Below are positions 54,730 through 62,777 of a stretch of 64,000 nt of DNA, piece after piece (within the stretch, counting starts at the first letter, position 1; the number at the start of each line of letters is the position of its first letter). Below the pieces are notes generated by a model, which ran no database searches, was not told the DNA's origin, and was given only the letters and a program-made list of their open reading frames with translations. The translations under genes and the position numbers were made by a program. The DNA is taken from IMG/VR virus record IMGVR_UViG_3300042383_001692, one strand, 5' to 3'. This stretch comes from an uncultured virus (IMG/VR IMGVR_UViG_3300042383_001692) (Duplodnaviria > Heunggongvirae > Uroviricota > Caudoviricetes).

Positions 54730-55217
54730 TTAAACATATCCTCCAAATCGCCAGCGTCTATGCCGCCGTCAGGCGGCGTGTCGTATGGCTCTTCGGCAGG
54801 ACGTGGCGGGACGTAGCTGGTGGCGGCTTCAATGGCTTTTATGATGGGCATCTCCTGAGCGGCTCTTTCTATGTTTGATAGCAGCGCAGGCCATCCCATC
54901 AGCTTGATTGCCGTGGACACTCTGACGCGCAGATCTCGATTCCGGATGAAGTGCGGGACGTATCCCGGCCCCAGTCGCATCTCAAACCAATGAGTTGCTT
55001 CATCCGGAATTTCGATCTTGGGTCCTGGTCTTTTGTCGAGCTTGCCAAATCCGCGCAGCTGATACTCCACTCCATTGCGCACAAAGCCCGTGCGCGGCAC
55101 GCGAAAGTATCCGTCTTCATCCTGATAGCGCGGACCTTCTGCTTTGCATGTCTTGATTTCTCGAGAATCGTTGGTTTCGTCGCAGTAATCAGCAAAGTCA
55201 ATCGTCACTTTCTTCAT
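54726..55217 (-). CDS. hypothetical protein
   Basis: AGGAG SD, coupled to helicase. Confidence 0.65.
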   Translation of the reverse strand: MKKVTIDFADYCDETNDSREIKTCKAEGPRYQDEDGYFRVPRTGFVRNGVEYQLRGFGKLDKRPGPKIEIPDEATHWFEMRLGPGYVPHFIRNRDLRVRVSTAIKLMGWPALLSNIERAAQEMPIIKAIEAATSYVPPRPAEEPYDTPPDGGIDAGDLEDMFK

Positions 55218-55224
55218 GATGCTC

Positions 55225-55965
55225 CTAATATGGTTTTACATCGAAGTAGCGCTCCATAAACTTCTCGACGATCTGCTCCATGGACCTGGGCGCGCGCACA
55301 ACAAACACCGTCTCTTCCGGTCCTGACGTCATCACGCACTCCAGCTTGGGAATCTCCTGTGTCTTGCGAGAGCCAGCCATTTCTTCCAGATCCTTGCTGA
55401 TCTCACTCTTTTTATCCAGTGCGTCCTTGATTTTTTCTGCGTCTTCTCGTGTGATTCCTGTCTTTCTGTTTTTGTTTACAAAAAGAATGGCGTTGCGCAT
55501 GTTTGTGGAAATCTTGATGCTGCCCGTCTCCGACAAACAGGACACCACGTATTCCAACTCCTCTTCAGGAGTGACAAGCCCCTCGACTCTCAGAGGCGGA
55601 AGAACACGGAACATGAAATTTTTCAGCTGATACAGCTGCTGCTCGTTGACTTGCGCATCCAGCCCAACATGTTCCATAACCAGATGCATGGCTTCCATGT
55701 CGTCCCGTGCGCCATTTTGGCGAGCGATTGAGCTGAACGTGTGCCACTGATTGTTGAACACATTCAGTAGGCGCAACCCGATTGCCATGCGAGATCCGCC
55801 ATACAGATTTACGGCAGCCGCCAATCGATCTACGTGCGCATCTGCATTGCGAGTAGGGTCAATGTCCCCTTCTTCTGACGGCAGTCTACCGACTACTTCG
55901 TCAATGATGTCGACGATTTGACGTGCAGCTTCGTAGTTGTTTTTTGAAAAGATGGGTAGGTTCAT
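55225..55965 (-). CDS. hypothetical protein
   Basis: probable ATG 55965 overlapping upstream stop. Confidence 0.65.
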   Translation of the reverse strand: MNLPIFSKNNYEAARQIVDIIDEVVGRLPSEEGDIDPTRNADAHVDRLAAAVNLYGGSRMAIGLRLLNVFNNQWHTFSSIARQNGARDDMEAMHLVMEHVGLDAQVNEQQLYQLKNFMFRVLPPLRVEGLVTPEEELEYVVSCLSETGSIKISTNMRNAILFVNKNRKTGITREDAEKIKDALDKKSEISKDLEEMAGSRKTQEIPKLECVMTSGPEETVFVVRAPRSMEQIVEKFMERYFDVKPY

Positions 55966-56525
55966 GTTGTTCTCTCGTGTATGGCCAGTGCGGCCTCTCT
56001 CGCGGTGGGATAGCGATGCTGCGCCCACATGTCTTCCAGGCTGATGTGTCGATACGCAAGCAGCCTGTCGGATCCACTGGCAATGGAAACAGTCCTCTTG
56101 TTTCTCTCCGGATCTACTGCATAAATCAATCCTTCCAGCTCTTGCCAGATCAATGGGGTTACAACGTAAAACGATCCCTTGCTGGCCTTCATGCGCTTGT
56201 CGTTTTTATCCGGATAGGCATACACCACAAGCAGATACGGCACTTTGCTTCTTGCGCTGATGTGACGGTGCCATTCTCTTTGCGAAAAATGAAACCCTTC
56301 TGTTTCAGAAGGGTCTTCTTCGTTTCCAAGATACAAGGATCCGGATGCGGCTTTGAATTCCACGTCCGCCACCTTTCCTTCCGGGTGGCGATACTCTCCA
56401 TCTGGTCTCCCTCGATACGCGTCTGTTCCCATAAGAAAAGATACGTTGGGAAACGGCAGCCACACGCCCAGCTTGTTTAGCTCAGCGGCAATCGGCCTGC
56501 GGCATTTGTATTCTTCCAGCTTCAT
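55962..56525 (-). CDS. PD-(D/E)XK endonuclease (resolvase-like)
   Basis: GRPD...VEFK...SQREW. Confidence 0.7.
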   Translation of the reverse strand: MKLEEYKCRRPIAAELNKLGVWLPFPNVSFLMGTDAYRGRPDGEYRHPEGKVADVEFKAASGSLYLGNEEDPSETEGFHFSQREWHRHISARSKVPYLLVVYAYPDKNDKRMKASKGSFYVVTPLIWQELEGLIYAVDPERNKRTVSIASGSDRLLAYRHISLEDMWAQHRYPTAREAALAIHERTT

Positions 56526-57346
56526 GACAAGTCCGGGGTGGTTCCTGTAATTTCTCCCGAGGCAAGGGACTCGTTTGTACCATGAACTTTGAATTTTGCA
56601 TGGTTGTTTGCCCATGGAAAACAATGCCCAAAATACTGACACTTCACAGTAATCGTTCCCGGCACTACGTCTCCGCGCTGTATGCCCGTGCGAGAACTTG
56701 CACGCTTTGCTTCTTTTGGAAATACGTCTTCCGCCGAGGATTCCACGCAGCACAATCCTGGCTTGATTTCGTAAATGCTTTGCGGAGCGCTAATAGGGTT
56801 AGACATCTCCAGAATAGCTGCATCCACAATTGCGTCATTGGCTTCGATTTCAAAGATGGAGTTGTTGAACTCTCTTTGATAAATCAGAAAGCCCTTCGGC
56901 GCTTTCAGCAGCTTGCAATACGCCATGAGCTGCAGGATATGGCCGGCAAACGGTTGATAGCGCACGGTGTTCTTGATCTCCACCGGCATTCCGGCAATCA
57001 CCAGGTCCGCCTGTCCGACAAGCACGTCATTTTCCAGAGGAACTTCGTAGTCTGCATCATGTAAAACGCTGTGCTTATTTTTGGACCACAAAACCGCTTC
57101 CTGCCACACATCAGCGACGCGATTTCCCTGCTCAAAACGCTGCAGAAGAGAGTAGGGATGCGGATGCGTATAAGACTGTCCGGTGCGGGCGTAGTGATCC
57201 GCAATAGAGCATCCGTATAGCCGGCTGGCGCGAAAACGACTTTCAAAGGATCGATCGCCAATCTGTTTTTTTGGAAGCGAAATTCTTTCTCTCTGTTGAA
57301 GATATTCGTGATGAAGGTTTCTCAAAAAATGCTCATTGATTTCCAT
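56522..57346 (-). CDS. Cas4/RecB-like exonuclease
   Basis: RASRLYGC, GQAD..EIK, QLMAY, C-terminal C..Y...C. Confidence 0.8.
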   Translation of the reverse strand: MEINEHFLRNLHHEYLQQRERISLPKKQIGDRSFESRFRASRLYGCSIADHYARTGQSYTHPHPYSLLQRFEQGNRVADVWQEAVLWSKNKHSVLHDADYEVPLENDVLVGQADLVIAGMPVEIKNTVRYQPFAGHILQLMAYCKLLKAPKGFLIYQREFNNSIFEIEANDAIVDAAILEMSNPISAPQSIYEIKPGLCCVESSAEDVFPKEAKRASSRTGIQRGDVVPGTITVKCQYFGHCFPWANNHAKFKVHGTNESLASGEITGTTPDLS

Positions 57347-57364
57347 GGCAATTAGAATGTGAAT

Positions 57365-57997
57365 ATGTCAGACGAACTCAGCGATCATCTTCTTCCCTAC
57401 GTAGAGAAGGCAAAATCACTTGGCGTAAACGTAGAAGACGTCATGACCATGCATCTTCTGATTCAGGCGCTTCGCTATGTCGATGCTCGTTTGAAAGCAA
57501 GAAAAGCGGGTAGATCGTTTCGTCAGGAAATGGAGAAGCACGCGGGCGTTGATGAAGATACGCTGTACATGTGGTCAAAAAGCCCTTACATCAATATTGC
57601 TTCTCAGATGATTGGAGAAGCAGTAATTGAAGAATTGATTGAAAGAGATTTACGCAAGAGCATTGTAGATGTGTATTCCCGCGACTCTCTGGAGTGGTTT
57701 CAAAACATGTCTCGCATTGCTCGAGGAATCAAAGCTCCTGGTGCGCGCATGCCTCCGCTGGAGCGCGATCAGATCGATGCGTTTGAGGCGTTGACTACTA
57801 CAGAAATGGGACAGTTGTTTACGCGCATGCTGTTTTTAGATCCAGAAGACCCCGACGTGACGCCGGAAGATCTTCACATTGCTCGTCAGCGTGCACTGAA
57901 AGGCAAAGCAGTGAAGATCGAAGCCGGCATCATTGACGGTGAGGTTAAAGAAATCAGTCCAAAAACACAGGAGGACGCCCCTGCCTTTTCGGACTGA
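57365..57997 (+). CDS. HTH protein, candidate terminase small subunit
   Basis: AGVDEDTLYMW HTH-like, helical, IIDGEVKEI tail; lone + gene with TAGAAT 6 nt upstream. Confidence 0.45.
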   Translation: MSDELSDHLLPYVEKAKSLGVNVEDVMTMHLLIQALRYVDARLKARKAGRSFRQEMEKHAGVDEDTLYMWSKSPYINIASQMIGEAVIEELIERDLRKSIVDVYSRDSLEWFQNMSRIARGIKAPGARMPPLERDQIDAFEALTTTEMGQLFTRMLFLDPEDPDVTPEDLHIARQRALKGKAVKIEAGIIDGEVKEISPKTQEDAPAFSD

Positions 57998-58469
57998 CAA
58001 CGCGCTTTCCTTTCGCGCCGTTGATTTCGTACAGGTATTCCCGGGGCTTGTCCCACGCGTCTCGCGCGTCCTTGCCTTTGAACTCGTATTCCGTGTACGA
58101 ATCCAGTTCCGGAATTGAAAGCATGAAACTGCTGCCGTTGGCCAATTCATCTATCAAATCTACAGACATGTCGTGCATGTCCGTAAAAAACGAGTCGTTG
58201 TATGCGTGCAGCTCTTCGCTGGAATCCGGAAAGCGCTCATGAATCACATGAGCAATGGCGTAGTGCATCAGGTTGAACAGCGCCGTGTCGTTTCTGACGT
58301 TGGTTTTGGTCAGGCCCGAGATTTCCAGCGACAGGATGCAGTGCTCTGCTGGAAGCGTGTTGTCCTGCACCACGATGCGAATGTTCTTTTTGAAACGATC
58401 GCGGGCGACAGACACGATGTAATCCTTGTTTTTAGGTTCGATTTTTGGCGTCTTGATTTTTTTGGGCAT
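57954..58469 (-). CDS. hypothetical protein
   Basis: probable ATG 58469 after thyX stop. Confidence 0.6.
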   Translation of the reverse strand: MPKKIKTPKIEPKNKDYIVSVARDRFKKNIRIVVQDNTLPAEHCILSLEISGLTKTNVRNDTALFNLMHYAIAHVIHERFPDSSEELHAYNDSFFTDMHDMSVDLIDELANGSSFMLSIPELDSYTEYEFKGKDARDAWDKPREYLYEINGAKGKRVVSPKRQGRPPVFLD

Positions 58470-58474
58470 AAATA

Positions 58475-59188
58475 TCAGGGAAGCGCAATGCCTTCGCGCA
58501 GCCACGCGGCTGTGTTGGGCATGAACTTGTTGAAGATTTCAAAAATTTCGTTGGCGTACATTCGAATTTCGTATTGCGCGTCTTTCTGCATGCGCAGATC
58601 CAGGAAATGCATCAGGTTGTGCGCGTCGATGGTGCAGATGGCCTGATACATCATGGCAAATCCGGGCAGAAACAGGCGAGCTTGCTCCTTGGCCGCCTCT
58701 TTGTCCAGTGCAAACCGGTAGTTTCGCATGGCGGCCTGCTGTGCGTCATCCCATAATTGATTGAGCTCCTGCTCTGTTTCGTCGTCGACGTAGCCGTCCG
58801 ATCCCTGCTTGCTGGACTTGCTCTGCAGTCGCCAAAACATTGGGTCCCAGACCTGCGTCTCGTCAAACTCAACGTAGCGACCGGACTGAAAGTTGAACGA
58901 CCAAGTGCGGTGCCGCACCCATTGCCACCACACCACTACGGGTGCAGTAATGCGAAACTTGAAGATCACGTGCTCAAACGGGCTGGTGTGCCTGTGTTTG
59001 AGCAGGTACTTCAGCAGCTTGAGATCGGCTTCTTCCCCCTTGCTTTCGCCGAGGTAGGAGACGCGCGCAGCGTTGACGACAGCAGTCTCCGGCCACACAT
59101 TGGTGGATGGATGCGGCATAACGTCAATCAGCTGAACATATTCGCCTGGCTTGGGTTCGAGTTCCTTGATGAGATGTTTGTATTCCAT
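58475..59188 (-). CDS. thyX: flavin-dependent thymidylate synthase
   Basis: AARVSY, HTSPFEH, RHR-x7-SGRY, EQARLFLP, AQYEIR. Confidence 0.95.
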   Translation of the reverse strand: MEYKHLIKELEPKPGEYVQLIDVMPHPSTNVWPETAVVNAARVSYLGESKGEEADLKLLKYLLKHRHTSPFEHVIFKFRITAPVVVWWQWVRHRTWSFNFQSGRYVEFDETQVWDPMFWRLQSKSSKQGSDGYVDDETEQELNQLWDDAQQAAMRNYRFALDKEAAKEQARLFLPGFAMMYQAICTIDAHNLMHFLDLRMQKDAQYEIRMYANEIFEIFNKFMPNTAAWLREGIALP

Positions 59189-59191
59189 TGT

Positions 59192-59219
59192 AAAAAAGAA
59201 AGAGGGGCCGCACCCCCTC
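59192..59219 (-). terminator. terminator-like hairpin directly before thyX
   Basis: GAGGGG-6nt-CCCCTC-TTTCTTTTTT. Confidence 0.6.
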
Positions 59220-59312
59220 AGTTTCACCCTTCGACAAGCCAGCAAGTGCCGTCACTTTGCAAGCCGCCTGTATTCAGTTGTTCGTCTTCACCGATCTGTG
59301 CGGTCACGGCTA

Positions 59313-59360
59313 TGGAAAGAGCCGGGAATCGAACCCGGCTTTATGCCTACATATCTTCCC
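59313..59360 (-). ncRNA. tRNA-like minihelix (acceptor stem + T-arm)
   Basis: GGGAAGA...GCCGGGTTCGATTCCCGGC-TCTTTCC-A. Confidence 0.5.
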
Positions 59361-59577
59361 GAAACAAAACGATGTTTGCGCGGCGTGGATAACGCCACTG
59401 CATAAGAAGGTTTCTGATGCGCTTGTATGTGCACCACGTGATGATTTCCATGTAATACATACACCAGGCCATTTCCAGCGCCACGGCAAACGATTCGTTT
59501 TCTTCTCTGTTTACTTCAGCAGCTCCCACCAGTTCCATCAGGTGGTTCTGCATGTAAATCTTCTTTTCTTTGTCCAT
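59347..59577 (-). CDS. hypothetical protein
   Basis: 76-aa ATG ORF. Confidence 0.45.
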   Translation of the reverse strand: MDKEKKIYMQNHLMELVGAAEVNREENESFAVALEMAWCMYYMEIITWCTYKRIRNLLMQWRYPRRANIVLFREDM

Positions 59578-59947
59578 GATTTTTTTGCCTGAGATGTTCT
59601 GCGTATTTCTGCTCAATGTAGTCCGCGGCGGCCAGCATTGCTTCAGCGCATTCCCGCGCCATCTTGGCGTTGATATGCACGCTGGACCACAGCGGTTCGT
59701 CCAGAATCATGTGGTCCACCGTATCGAGTTCGATGTGCCCTGTATTCGGAGACGGAGACCAGCCCATCACATACAGGTGATAGGCGTGCTTTTCTTCCAT
59801 TCCGGGCCACAATTCAAGCGGGGTTCTGTATCGGATTTCATCCATATTCATCAGCGGCAGGAATCGAACCGTGCTGTCGTGATTCGGCAGGAGTTGGTGA
59901 GCATCGTATTCCCGTAGAGCCCGAATCTGCATCCCAATTGGCTTCAC
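59516..59947 (-). CDS. hypothetical protein
   Basis: 143-aa ORF, start uncertain. Confidence 0.5.
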   Translation of the reverse strand: MKPIGMQIRALREYDAHQLLPNHDSTVRFLPLMNMDEIRYRTPLELWPGMEEKHAYHLYVMGWSPSPNTGHIELDTVDHMILDEPLWSSVHINAKMARECAEAMLAAADYIEQKYAEHLRQKNHGQRKEDLHAEPPDGTGGSC

Positions 59948-60019
59948 TGATGCTGCGTCTGCATCAAAGATTATTTAACCGTTGTTCAACGGGCGTAAGG
60001 AGGCCCCTGATGCAAACCA

Positions 60020-60092
60020 CGCTCTCGGAGGGATTCGAACCCCCAGCCAACCGGGTAGAAGCCGGTTGCTCTGTCCATTGAGCTACGAGAGC
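60020..60092 (-). tRNA. tRNA-Arg(TCT)
   Basis: full cloverleaf GCTCTCG..TAGCTCAATGGACAGAGC ACCGG-CTTCTAC-CCGGT ..GGTTCGAATCC..CGAGAGC G; CCA not encoded. Confidence 0.92.
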
Positions 60093-60430
60093 CTGCGATG
60101 TCTTTCTCTATACTGCCATGCCGTCACACCGCATTTGCGCTGCATCACGGCAGACAAATGAGATGCATGACAAAACCCATGCTGCGCGGCAATGTCTTCC
60201 ATGCCCCATGAACTGCTGGCTATCTTTTTCATTGCCTCTTCCATCTTTCGATGGAGACAATAGCCATGTGGGGTGTTTCCATACAAAACGCGAAACGCAT
60301 CTGTAAGAACGCTTTTTGAGATTTCCATCGTGTCCATAAACCGATACAAATCCCCTTTCTCCTTGAACAAATAGTTTTTGTCGCACCAGATTTTCAACTG
60401 GTTTGCAAATTCTATAGTTTTTGCATTCAT
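60083..60430 (-). CDS. AraC-type HTH protein
   Basis: FRVLYGNTPHGY...MEDIAAQHGFCHASHLSAVMQRKCGVTAWQYR. Confidence 0.8.
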   Translation of the reverse strand: MNAKTIEFANQLKIWCDKNYLFKEKGDLYRFMDTMEISKSVLTDAFRVLYGNTPHGYCLHRKMEEAMKKIASSSWGMEDIAAQHGFCHASHLSAVMQRKCGVTAWQYRERHRRLS

Positions 60431-60474
60431 TTTTGGAGGACAAAAAATTTTTGTCTATTTCTACATGCCCTGCA

Positions 60475-60543
60475 AGCCTCCGGAGAGATTCGAACTCTCA
60501 CATTCGCAAAAGGCGAAATTCTAGCCAGTTAAATCACGGAGGC
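60475..60543 (-). ncRNA. tRNA-like RNA with shortened anticodon loop
   Basis: perfect acceptor GCCTCCG/CGGAGGC, D-arm with TGG, T-arm GAGAG-TTCGAAT-CTCTC, anticodon arm TTCGC-CTTTT-GCGAA. Confidence 0.65.
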
Positions 60544-60552
60544 TTGCAGATT

Positions 60553-60822
60553 CTATATGTTTTCGTTCAGGGCTTCCGCCACTTCAGACCAGCTGATGTC
60601 CCGCTTGCAGACTTTGGTTCCATCTGGAGTTTCCGCTTTGCCAAAGCATTGCTCGAGAATAACAGTGGCAGTGCGCCTGGCAGTTGCAGGCCCCCACTTT
60701 GTGCCGTGATTCCTGCGAATTTCGGCACGACGAGACACAATGCCATACGCATTCTCGTCGTTGTGCAGCCACAGCACGATGTTCCAGGTGTTGTAGTTCT
60801 TGTATCCGTTGTATTCAGTCAT
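60553..60822 (-). CDS. conserved phage protein (YNGY.NY.TW motif)
   Basis: GGAGG SD; YNGYKNYNTWNIVLWLHNDE. Confidence 0.7.
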   Translation of the reverse strand: MTEYNGYKNYNTWNIVLWLHNDENAYGIVSRRAEIRRNHGTKWGPATARRTATVILEQCFGKAETPDGTKVCKRDISWSEVAEALNENI

Positions 60823-61193
60823 TTTGCCTCCATGGCTTCTGAGCGAAACAGAACGGGAGTGTCACGATCTTCGCATTCATACTGCATTAGCGCAAGGACG
60901 TTCCAGGCTACGGCGGCTAGATGATCCTCATCCGTTTCTCCGCGGCGATACGCCTCCAGATGCCTCATGGCGCTGGCAAGCATCTGTTGAGAAGGAATTC
61001 CTTTCTGCCAGTTGTTTTCACCATACTTCTGAGCACCACGCGCATACAGCATGGCTACGCGCCACAACGCATGAGGAGGAATTAGATCAAATCTTGGTTT
61101 GTTCACGTCAGTGTCCCGGACAGCGCCAGTCTCAAAAGACCGGCGCTCTCCTGAATCCTTTGTTTCAAAAAACAAGTGAGTAAATTTACTCAT
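60819..61193 (-). CDS. dATP/dGTP diphosphohydrolase (DUF5664-like)
   Basis: FETGAVRD...KPRFDLIP...GAQKYGENNWQKG...SAMRH...DHLAA. Confidence 0.88.
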   Translation of the reverse strand: MSKFTHLFFETKDSGERRSFETGAVRDTDVNKPRFDLIPPHALWRVAMLYARGAQKYGENNWQKGIPSQQMLASAMRHLEAYRRGETDEDHLAAVAWNVLALMQYECEDRDTPVLFRSEAMEAK

Positions 61194-61194
61194 T

Positions 61195-61755
61195 TCATTG
61201 AGTATTTGGAAAACGCGCAATTCCGGCAACGGTCGTATTTGGTCCTTCGTTGCTGTTCAGATACCGAAGGTCAAGAATTTCCATGCCGTCAAAAAACACA
61301 TCTTCCATCGTGTCTTTTGTGAATCTCCAGTAGTCTTTTGGGTATGCGTGATACCGAAATCCGTAAGAAGGAGAAGTGATGATCAGAAGCTGATTACGGA
61401 GCGAATATTCGTTGATTCCACGATCTTCCGCAACCTGACGAGCGTTCCATAACGCGTATTTTGCGGAAGAAACAACGTCAATCGGATATTTGACGTGTTC
61501 AAGACATTCGCAGATAACAAACGTATCTGCAGGATTTTTCATGGATTCGACGATTTGAAAGTAATCAAAATGATCTTCATCGACGACTACGTCCACGTCG
61601 CGGCCTGCTTTGATGTCTACGCCAATCCATTGTGCATGGTGAATGGCCTGACGCGCTGACCCGTTGACGTTCATGGACCCGATTTCGATTACGTTTCTAT
61701 TTTTACCGATCAGATTTTCCATCGATCGGAGGTAGTTGAGAATTTCCGGCGTCAT
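61195..61755 (-). CDS. class I SAM-dependent methyltransferase
   Basis: IEIGSMNVNG, GVD, ECLEHV, HAYPKDYWRF. Confidence 0.85.
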   Translation of the reverse strand: MTPEILNYLRSMENLIGKNRNVIEIGSMNVNGSARQAIHHAQWIGVDIKAGRDVDVVVDEDHFDYFQIVESMKNPADTFVICECLEHVKYPIDVVSSAKYALWNARQVAEDRGINEYSLRNQLLIITSPSYGFRYHAYPKDYWRFTKDTMEDVFFDGMEILDLRYLNSNEGPNTTVAGIARFPNTQ

Positions 61756-61966
61756 GTTTTGCTTCCTGGAACTGCCTAAACAATTCCATCATTCTGGCTC
61801 GAATTTGTGTGTCCGTTTTAGGCGGACACACATACGAGATGTTCATTTGCTGCTTGTTTCCAAACGATGCAGCAATTTCCACGGCATTGTATTCTTCCGC
61901 GGCCAGAATCGCACACGACGCCATCAAAAAATTCGGCACCTGAAACTTAATCCTCTTCGTTTCCAA
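61703..61966 (-). CDS. hypothetical protein
   Basis: 87-aa ORF filling gap. Confidence 0.45.
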   Translation of the reverse strand: METKRIKFQVPNFLMASCAILAAEEYNAVEIAASFGNKQQMNISYVCPPKTDTQIRARMMELFRQFQEAKHDAGNSQLPPIDGKSDR

Positions 61967-62375
61967 GATTCTGAAGCATCCTCCACTTCTCTCCGATTTC
62001 TTCCTGAATGCTTTCGTACATCTTGTCGATGCGTCCCTGAATCAGATCTACCGCTTTTCGCCCTTTTGTGCCATCTTCCACGCATTCAATCATCAGCGCT
62101 GTAACTTCGGCCATTTGCTGAGCAAAGTAATTGGCAATTTGAAGATGAACACGAACGCTTTCGTCAAAAGAGTACATCTCCTTGTACGACTGCTCTTTCC
62201 ATGTCATGTCCATTTTTTTGGAAACAACAATGCGGGTTAAAAGTTCCACGCCTTCGCGCAAAAAATCCATCAGCTCTGTTGAGTTTTCCAGCACGCTGCC
62301 GCAGGCAGACAATGCAATCTCGGAGGCAGACCACTCGGTGACGATTTCGTGCTCAATCTCTTCTTCAGATTTCAT
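61947..62375 (-). CDS. hypothetical protein
   Basis: probable ATG 62375 with upstream AAGGAG. Confidence 0.6.
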   Translation of the reverse strand: MKSEEEIEHEIVTEWSASEIALSACGSVLENSTELMDFLREGVELLTRIVVSKKMDMTWKEQSYKEMYSFDESVRVHLQIANYFAQQMAEVTALMIECVEDGTKGRKAVDLIQGRIDKMYESIQEEIGEKWRMLQNLGNEED

Positions 62376-62405
62376 AGGTGTATTGTCTCCTTGTTTTGCC
62401 TGCAG

Positions 62406-62429
62406 AAAAACGGGCCTCTTTCGAGGCCC
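62406..62429 (-). terminator. rho-independent terminator after ssb
   Basis: GGGCCTC-GAAA-GAGGCCC-GTTTTT. Confidence 0.7.
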
Positions 62430-62434
62430 TCCAA

Positions 62435-62764
62435 TCATTCTTCCTTGCCGCCCTGTCCACTCAAAAACGACCAGCGATCCACGATGATTTCCAAAGTGGC
62501 CGTGGCATTTCCGTCTTTTGCGATGTAGGCGTTGAGATTTCCGTTCTTGTGGCTCACGCGGCCAGAGAACGAAATCCCGCGTCCCTTCTGCAAATACTGA
62601 TTGGCGACTTCAGCGGACTTGCCGAAAATCGTCAGGCGCAGCCAGATCACTTCATCTTTTCCTTCCGGCGAACGAGCGCGGAAATTGGTGATGGCGGTGC
62701 CCTTTTCGTTGTACTTCATCTCGGGCTCGGTGATGAGGTATGCGTCTCCATTCACGGTAATCAT
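62435..62764 (-). CDS. ssb: single-stranded DNA-binding protein (short)
   Basis: PEMKY..G.AITNF...WLRLTIFGKSAEVANQYLQKG..GR OB fold; AGGAG SD. Confidence 0.88.
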   Translation of the reverse strand: MITVNGDAYLITEPEMKYNEKGTAITNFRARSPEGKDEVIWLRLTIFGKSAEVANQYLQKGRGISFSGRVSHKNGNLNAYIAKDGNATATLEIIVDRWSFLSGQGGKEE

Positions 62765-62777
62765 TGTGTGTTTTCTC

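Noticed and set aside
56522..57346. CRISPR-Cas locus
   Set aside because: Solo Cas4-like nuclease in a recombination module; no repeat-spacer array or other cas genes found
59220..59360. tmRNA (standard or permuted)
   Set aside because: Only a T-arm/acceptor minihelix; no recognisable tag ORF or second piece
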